64,000 bases of DNA from Bacteroidota bacterium. GTDB taxonomy: Bacteria > Bacteroidota > Bacteroidia > UBA4408. Positions within the stretch are counted from its first letter, which is position 1. Each line of letters opens with the position of its first letter. Below, piece after piece: positions 57,724 to 64,000 of the stretch. The DNA lies in the NCBI GenBank assembly GCA_040385525.1, contig JAZKHE010000002.1:969786-1033785 (forward strand). The letters run 5' to 3'. A model generated the notes under the pieces. That model saw only the letters and a list, made by a program, of their open reading frames with translations. It was not told where the DNA came from and searched no databases. Both the position numbers and the translations under genes were made by a program.

Positions 57724-58331
57724 TTATATGCAGGGCATTCGGTTTTACCTCTGTTGTTACTTTTAAATCCTTTTCGTTTTTTGCCTTTAAATCCACCTTT
57801 CGAAGAACCACCACCTTTGCATCCAAAAAAATAGACTAAACCTGTGTGTAATAAAAATGCTTCTTGTCGAACAGCATAACGAGGCTCAACATAACCTTTT
57901 AAACAATTGTTTCCTATAAAAGCACCAAAACCAGCTTCGCCATCAGCTTTTATTCCGCCACTTGCACTTGCATTTTGATTGCCAGAAGCGCCATTGTTAT
58001 TTGCTGCAACAGAACCCGATGCTTTAACACTTGCACTACCTTTTATTGTGCCAGAAGCAATTGCATAAAAATTTAAAAAACGGTATTCGTAAAAAGGAAC
58101 AAGTGCAGAAACTCCACCTAAAAATTTACCTTCATGAAAATAATAATAACCATAAGGAACAGCGTAAAGTTTTTTTGTAACAGGAATTAAAACTCTAGCG
58201 CTTAAACCTAAATAACCATTTTTAGTATTGTATAACGTTCCGCCACCTGCTCCAAAACCTTCTTGACCAAAACTAATTTTGAATTGAATAACGATTAGTA
58301 TGAATATTAATAAACTATTTTTGAGTTTCAT
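57720..58331 (-). CDS. Small OM beta-barrel with Gly/Lys-rich, Cys-bracketed C-terminal tail
   Basis: Signal peptide; strands ending TGLVYFF; tail GCKGGG...KTECPAYN. Confidence 0.65.
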   Translation of the reverse strand: MKLKNSLLIFILIVIQFKISFGQEGFGAGGGTLYNTKNGYLGLSARVLIPVTKKLYAVPYGYYYFHEGKFLGGVSALVPFYEYRFLNFYAIASGTIKGSASVKASGSVAANNNGASGNQNASASGGIKADGEAGFGAFIGNNCLKGYVEPRYAVRQEAFLLHTGLVYFFGCKGGGSSKGGFKGKKRKGFKSNNRGKTECPAYN

Positions 58332-58370
58332 TCTTGTTATTTAACAACGAAAGATAAAACATTTTGTTAT

Positions 58371-58474
58371 AAGATACAAGAACTAAGATTTAAGAATCAA
58401 GACCCAAGATGGAATTTTCTATTTTACTAATTCACAAATTCTCCAACTCACTAATTCACCAAATCTCTAATTTC
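58371..58474. repeat. Phased short repeats: 6x AAGAnnn then 6x 8-mer (CTAATTCA-like)
   Basis: 58371-58412: AAGATAC AAGAACT AAGATTT AAGAATC AAGACCC AAGATGG; 58427-58474: CTAATTCA CAAATTCT CCAACTCA CTAATTCA CCAAATCT CTAATTTC. Confidence 0.8.
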
Positions 58475-59476
58475 TTATCTCACCATCTCAGCAATAGCGT
58501 CAACCCATGTATCGTTGCTGTTTAAACTTTCAACTAGTTGCACTTTTTCGCCGCCATGCTCTCTAAAAATAGCGTTGTATTCGTGCCCAATTTCTATGGT
58601 TGTTTCTAAACAATCTGCTGTAAATGCTGGGCTAAAAACTAATAATTTTTTCATCCCTTTTTTAGCTAATTCTTCAACAATTTTATCAGAAAAAGGTTCT
58701 ATCCATTTTTGATTTAAGCGCGATTGAAAACCAACCGTATATTTACTTTCGGGAATATTTAATTGTTTAGCAATTAAGCGCGTTGTTTCGTAACAAGTTG
58801 CTTTGTAACAAAATTTATTTTCTTCGGTAATTTCGTTTTCGCAGTTATGGTCGCTACAAGGAGAATCTTCGTAAACTTTATCAACTTGTCTTACGGGTAA
58901 ACCATGATAACTAAAAAGTACGTGATCGTATTCTCCAAATTTATATTGTTTACCTCTTTCAACAAATGAATTTATATATCCTTTATCATCATAATATTGA
59001 CTAATAATGCGTAGTTCGGGTATTACATACCATTTACTAATAATTTGCATTATTTTTTCTAAAGACGAACCTGTGCTCGATGAAGCGTAATGAGGATAAA
59101 GAGGAAAAACAATTATTTTATGAAAATTCTTTGTTCTAATTTCTTCTAAAACACTTTCTAAAGAAGGGTTTTGATAACGCATACCAAAAAAAACTTCGTG
59201 CGTATTAGCTAATTTTTTTTGTAATTTTTTTTGTAAATCAAGTCCGTGAAGTAGGAGAGGAGAACCTTCTTCTGTCCAGAGTTCTTTATAGATTTTAGCA
59301 GATTTTGGAGCTCTAAAAGGAACAATTAAACCATTTACTAAAAAAAAACGTCCAATTGGGTTAATATCAATTACGCGTGAGTCGTTTAAAAATTGAGTTA
59401 AATATTTTCTAACATCAGATGTTGAAGGGCTATCAGGTGTACCTAAATTTACTAAAAGTAAAGCTGTTTTGTTCAT
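58475..59476 (-). CDS. hemH: Ferrochelatase
   Basis: LVNLGTP, GSPL, MRY, PLYPHY, FSYHGLP, FQSR, DCLET; TAACTTTG promoter at 59507-59500. Confidence 0.97.
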   Translation of the reverse strand: MNKTALLLVNLGTPDSPSTSDVRKYLTQFLNDSRVIDINPIGRFFLVNGLIVPFRAPKSAKIYKELWTEEGSPLLLHGLDLQKKLQKKLANTHEVFFGMRYQNPSLESVLEEIRTKNFHKIIVFPLYPHYASSSTGSSLEKIMQIISKWYVIPELRIISQYYDDKGYINSFVERGKQYKFGEYDHVLFSYHGLPVRQVDKVYEDSPCSDHNCENEITEENKFCYKATCYETTRLIAKQLNIPESKYTVGFQSRLNQKWIEPFSDKIVEELAKKGMKKLLVFSPAFTADCLETTIEIGHEYNAIFREHGGEKVQLVESLNSNDTWVDAIAEMVR

Positions 59477-59671
59477 GTAATTGTTTTGGTTTTAAAATAC
59501 AAAGTTATTCAAATATTTTGCTCGTAAGTGCTCATTATAATCAAACACAATTATTTAAAATGAGTTTTTTAGCTAAAACAATCGATTCAAAATACTAGTT
59601 CATAATTTTATTGTGTTTTTCATAATAAAATAATTATTTTTATAAGATAATCCATTTAATTAAACAACAAT

Positions 59672-62600
59672 ATGCGTTCATTGTTCCAAACTAAGTTTTT
59701 TTATTTTATTGCAGTTTGTTTATTTTCTTTTTCTGCAAAAGCACAATTATCAAGCTATACTTTTTCTCAAGGTATAGAAGGTTATACAGCAATTACAGGA
59801 GGAACTGTTTTGTGGTCGGGTGCCGGAATTGACGATGATCCTGCTGTAAACGTTGCAATACCTAGTTTTAATTTTAATGGAATAAATTACAACAGTTGTT
59901 ATATAACGCCAAATGGTTTTATAACTTTTGGTTCAGAACCAAATACTGTAGAATACAGACCAATTTCATCTTCTGTTTCAACTTATTCGGGAGCTATATC
60001 TGCATTCGGATGGGATTTAGTTTCTTCATCTACAGGTTCGCCAGAAGTAAGATGTCAACAAGTAAACGAAGAATTTATTATTCAATGGCAAGATTTTAAA
60101 AGAAATTCTATAAGTACAATCGAAAAAATTAGTTTTCAAATAAAGTTAAATTCGTTAACCAATGTAATAAAAATTGTTTATGGTGGTTCCATCTTCCCAA
60201 CAAATAATACAACATATCCACAAGTTGGTATTAGAGGTGCTTCTAATTCAAATTTTAGAAACCGTAAAGTTGTTGCTGCTACAGGCATTTGGTTAAATTC
60301 AACCGAAGGAACTTTAAATAACGATAATTGTTATTTTAACTCCGTTAATTCTGGTACAGTTCCAATTAGTGGTTTAACTTTTATTTGGACAGCTCCATGT
60401 GTAAATGCAAGTATACCTTATTCAATTAATTTTGATGATGTTGAACCATATAATATACCAAATTGTACATCTATTCAAGATTTAAATGGCGCTAATACTT
60501 GGAATGTTGAAGAAGCTCCAACTGATACCATTTGTTTTAATGGAAATGTTTTGGCTTATAATTGGGATGGATCTACTCCTGGAGATGATTGGTTTTTTTC
60601 TAAAGGAATAAGTTTAACAGCTGGTAGTACTTATACTTTGCAATATGTTTATGGCGCTTACGATGTAGGTTTTCCTGAAAGTATGGAGGTTAAATTTGGT
60701 TTATCTGCAACACCAGTAGCAATGACTAACTCAATTGCATCGCACCCATTAATTGAAAGCCGTTTTGAACAAGTAGAAGTTAATTTTTCTCCAGCCTCAA
60801 CAGGAGTTTACCACTTAGGATTTCACGCAAACTCAGATCCTGATATGTATAACCTTTATTTAGATGATATTTTATTATCTAATTATACACCATGCACAAA
60901 ACCAACAAGTTTATCTGCTTATAATGCAAACACAACAAGTGTTGTAGTTAGTTTTACTGCTGGTGGTTCAGAAACAGAATGGCAAATTGAATATGGTGTT
61001 GCTCCTTACGTTTTTACAGGACTATCAATGGCAACTTTTACTTCAAATACATTTACTTTAACAGGGCTAAATCCTGGTACAAAATATCAATTTAAAGTAA
61101 GAGGAAATTGTGGTGCAAGTAAAAGTTTATGGACAAGATTACAGAATTTCATAACACCTTGTAATCCAACAACAACATTACCTTTAGCTCAAAGTTTCGA
61201 TAATAGCCAATTTCCTGCGTGTTGGTCGGCTAGCTTAATTTCTGGGGAAGATGGTTGGGAAGTTAAAAATTTTGATTCAGGAATCTCAGCTCCAAAAAGT
61301 GGAACCAATTTTATTGGAAAAACAAATACTGATTCTGAAGCCTTATTAATCAGTCCACCATTAAATTTAAATGGATTAGGTGCTACTCCAGTTCAAATAA
61401 GTTCATGGTTGTATAGAAGCTCTACAAGTGATGTTAACGATAAAATTACTTTTTACGTAAATAACTCGAGCAACTTAACTGGGGCAGTTCAACTTCTTGA
61501 AATCTTTACTAATATTGGTGTTGCGCCAACAGTTGGCACTGATGGATGGTATAATTATAAAGTTACAATTCCTACATCATACAACACTAATGGAACGTTT
61601 TATGTTATAGCTAAAGGTTCTACTAGCGCAGATGCAGCTTCTAACGCTTTGGGTATTGATGAGTTTAGATTGGAGTTAGTTGCTAGTTTAGATATTCAAG
61701 CAAATACTTTTATTAATCCAAGCACTGTAGGTTGTTATAGTAGTTCAGAAAATGTTTCGGTTGTTGTAGAAAACGTAGGTAACACTTTAATTAATTTTGC
61801 TACAAACAATTTAGTTTTAAATGCAAATGTAACAGGTACAACAGCAAGTACAATTACAACAACAATAAATTCGGGAACATTAGCAGCTGGTGCTTTAGCA
61901 ACCTATTCTGTTGGAAACGCAAATATGCTTGCCGTTGGTAATTATTTTATTAGTGGGAGTGCAAATTTAAGTGGAGATTTATCAACATCAAATAATACAT
62001 TTGAAACTGCAATAAGAGAAAAATTTTCAACTTATGCTTTACCATACACTGAAACATTTAACTCATACACAAACTTAAGCGATGCACCAATTTGGAATGG
62101 TAATGGCGACTGGATTGTTGCAGATAATCAAGGAACAGCTGGAACAAAATCGTACATAACTCAAGTGAATTTAAGTTTTCCGCAAGCTACAACAATTACT
62201 AAATTTAATTTAGGAACAGTAACTTCTGCAACTTCATTAACACTTGATTATAGAATTGTAGATGAACACGATTTAAGTTCGGCTCCAAGTGCTGCAACTA
62301 CTTTAGTTGCTGGAGATTTTATTAAAATTAGTTTATCAACAGATTGTGGTGCATCTTACACATTGTTTCATACCATCAACAATGGTAATCACACCCCATC
62401 TTTAAGTTTTACTAATAAAAATCTTTCATTAGCAGCATATGCTGGGCAAAATATACAATTTAAAATTGAAGTACAGTCTGGAGGTTCAAACGATTTTTAT
62501 TTTAATATGGATAATTTTAATGTTGTTCAACCACTTGATAACAATGCAAATTTATCTAATTTAGTTTCTAGTCAAGGTTCTCTTAATCCAACATTTGCTT

Positions 62601-64000
62601 CTGGCACTACAAATTACACTGTAACTCTACCAATTGGGTCTTCTGGTAGTGCTATACTAACGCCAACTTTAGCATCATCTTTATCAATTACATCATCCAA
62701 CACTTCTGCATCAAATGTTGCTGGTAATCCTCCAACAAATATTGCATCAGTTGTTGTTATGGCGCAAACAGGAGCTACTCAAACTTACACTGTAACGTAC
62801 AATGTTATAACGTTAAACTCAAATTCTTCGCTTTCTAATTTAACAACAAGTGTTGGTTCTTTTACATTTTCTTTTGCACCAGGTATTTATAATTACACAG
62901 TTAATTTGCCTACAGGTACAACAGGCACTGCTAGTTTAACTCCAACTTTAGCAACAACGCTTTCTACAATAACTTCTAACACAAGTGCAACAGATGTTGG
63001 TGGAACTGCACCTGCAAATATTGCTACAGTAGTTGTAACAGCCGAAAACGGATCAACAAGTACTTATACTGTAACTTACAACACTAGTCCGTTAAATTCT
63101 AATTCAAGTTTAGCAACATTAGTTCCTAATAGAGGAGATTTAGTACCAACATTTTCACCATCAACTTTTAACTATACTGTAACTCTACCTTTTGGTTCAA
63201 CAGGTTCTGATAATTTATCGGCAACGGTTGCTAGTTCTTTATCAGTAATTAGTTCTAATGTGGCGGCAAGTAATGTAGCCAATAATAATGGTGTAGATAA
63301 TGTTGCAACTGTTGTTGTAACTGCACAAGATGCATCAACAAGTACTTATACAGTAACTTATACTGTTGAAGCTGGTAACACCAATTCAAGTTTAACGGCT
63401 TTAACTTCAAGTGTAGGAACAATAAGTCCAGTGTTTGCATCATCTACTTTTAGCTACACAGTAACATTGCCAATAGGTTCTTCTGGCTCAGCTACTTTAA
63501 CACCAACACTAGCAACAACTTTATCTACAATAACATCAAACGTAAGTGCAAGTAATGTTAATGGTTCAGCACCTAATAATACAGCCTATGTAATTGTAAC
63601 TGCTCAAACAGGTGCAACATCAACTTATACTGTTGTGTACAATGTTGTTCAACCAAGTACTGATGCTACATTGGCTACATTAACATCAAATATTGGAAGT
63701 TTTACAACAACATTTAATCCTAGTGTTTTAAGTTATACTGTTGTTGTTCCGCAAGGCACAACTGGAGCCTCAATAATTTCGGCTACAGCAGTTTCTACAT
63801 CTGCAAATGTTACAATTACGCAAGCAACAGATGTGTCGGGCGCTGCACCTGCAAACGTTGCGACAGTTGTTGTTACAGCGCAAGATGGAACTACAATTTT
63901 AACTTACACTATAACTTATAGTTTTGCTAGCGGTTTAAATGAGTTAAATAAAGGCAATATACAAGTTGAGGTTTATCCAAATCCTGTAATTAATAAAGTA
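59672..64000 (+). CDS. Large T9SS-secreted surface protein/adhesin (partial, >=1443 aa; not in ORF track)
   Basis: ATG 59672 MRSLFQTKFFYFIAVCLFSFSAKA-Q; same frame at the window end (EVYPNPVINKV, start of the T9SS CTD); PNGFITF, DDWFFS (cleaved-adhesin-like), fn3-like WQIEYG...GLNPGTKYQFKVR. I spot-checked the frame rather than every codon. Confidence 0.88.
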   Translation, partial: MRSLFQTKFFYFIAVCLFSFSAKAQLSSYTFSQGIEGYTAITGGTVLWSGAGIDDDPAVNVAIPSFNFNGINYNSCYITPNGFITFGSEPNTVEYRPISSSVSTYSGAISAFGWDLVSSSTGSPEVRCQQVNEEFIIQWQDFKRNSISTIEKISFQIKLNSLTNVIKIVYGGSIFPTNNTTYPQVGIRGASNSNFRNRKVVAATGIWLNSTEGTLNNDNCYFNSVNSGTVPISGLTFIWTAPCVNASIPYSINFDDVEPYNIPNCTSIQDLNGANTWNVEEAPTDTICFNGNVLAYNWDGSTPGDDWFFSKGISLTAGSTYTLQYVYGAYDVGFPESMEVKFGLSATPVAMTNSIASHPLIESRFEQVEVNFSPASTGVYHLGFHANSDPDMYNLYLDDILLSNYTPCTKPTSLSAYNANTTSVVVSFTAGGSETEWQIEYGVAPYVFTGLSMATFTSNTFTLTGLNPGTKYQFKVRGNCGASKSLWTRLQNFITPCNPTTTLPLAQSFDNSQFPACWSASLISGEDGWEVKNFDSGISAPKSGTNFIGKTNTDSEALLISPPLNLNGLGATPVQISSWLYRSSTSDVNDKITFYVNNSSNLTGAVQLLEIFTNIGVAPTVGTDGWYNYKVTIPTSYNTNGTFYVIAKGSTSADAASNALGIDEFRLELVASLDIQANTFINPSTVGCYSSSENVSVVVENVGNTLINFATNNLVLNANVTGTTASTITTTINSGTLAAGALATYSVGNANMLAVGNYFISGSANLSGDLSTSNNTFETAIREKFSTYALPYTETFNSYTNLSDAPIWNGNGDWIVADNQGTAGTKSYITQVNLSFPQATTITKFNLGTVTSATSLTLDYRIVDEHDLSSAPSAATTLVAGDFIKISLSTDCGASYTLFHTINNGNHTPSLSFTNKNLSLAAYAGQNIQFKIEVQSGGSNDFYFNMDNFNVVQPLDNNANLSNLVSSQGSLNPTFASGTTNYTVTLPIGSSGSAILTPTLASSLSITSSNTSASNVAGNPPTNIASVVVMAQTGATQTYTVTYNVITLNSNSSLSNLTTSVGSFTFSFAPGIYNYTVNLPTGTTGTASLTPTLATTLSTITSNTSATDVGGTAPANIATVVVTAENGSTSTYTVTYNTSPLNSNSSLATLVPNRGDLVPTFSPSTFNYTVTLPFGSTGSDNLSATVASSLSVISSNVAASNVANNNGVDNVATVVVTAQDASTSTYTVTYTVEAGNTNSSLTALTSSVGTISPVFASSTFSYTVTLPIGSSGSATLTPTLATTLSTITSNVSASNVNGSAPNNTAYVIVTAQTGATSTYTVVYNVVQPSTDATLATLTSNIGSFTTTFNPSVLSYTVVVPQGTTGASIISATAVSTSANVTITQATDVSGAAPANVATVVVTAQDGTTILTYTITYSFASGLNELNKGNIQVEVYPNPVINKV
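62537..63934 (+). repeat. Five ~93-aa cadherin-like beta-sandwich coding repeats
   Basis: Units begin near 62537, 62816, 63095, 63377 and 63656; pattern (N/S)xLxxL...F....xYTVxLP...A.VVVTAQ.G.T.TYTV.Y. Confidence 0.85.

Noticed and set aside
59550-59572. Possible Fur-like box (TTATTTAAAATGAG) upstream of hemH
   Set aside because: Only a half-site match in very AT-rich DNA.
59896-63443. ORFs 59896-60099 (+) and 63255-63443 (-)
   Set aside because: Alternative-frame shadows inside the large T9SS gene starting at 59672.

Overview
AT-rich chromosomal segment of a Bacteroidota bacterium (T9SS C-terminal domains, TAnnTTTG promoters, Bacteroidota-type lipoproteins). It is mostly housekeeping and envelope genes (purB 3' end, lipA, gapA, dnaB, accA, ispE, msrB, yajQ, rnhB, hemN, comM, gmhA, hemH), plus a Wzx/Wzz surface-polysaccharide locus with three methyltransferases, several OMPs and lipoproteins, and three T9SS cargo proteins. 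One cargo is a >1440-aa ORF missing from the ORF track because it runs off the window. I saw no rRNA, tRNA, CRISPR array, transposase or integrase. Most notable: (1) a lone integron-like gene cassette at 48022-49058 with an attC-like hairpin, a GTTAGGC core site and an external promoter, carrying a HEPN/Abi_C-like orphan gene; (2) a tightly packed operon at 52178-57723 linking a Cys-rich T9SS cargo to three paralogous half-MFS membrane proteins, two fused to spermidine-synthase-fold transferases; (3) a pseudoknot-forming intergenic element at ~46260-46385; (4) an unannotated 34-aa lipoprotein; (5) phased 7/8-mer arrays directly behind comM and hemH. All family calls come from motif recognition by eye; no database search was run.
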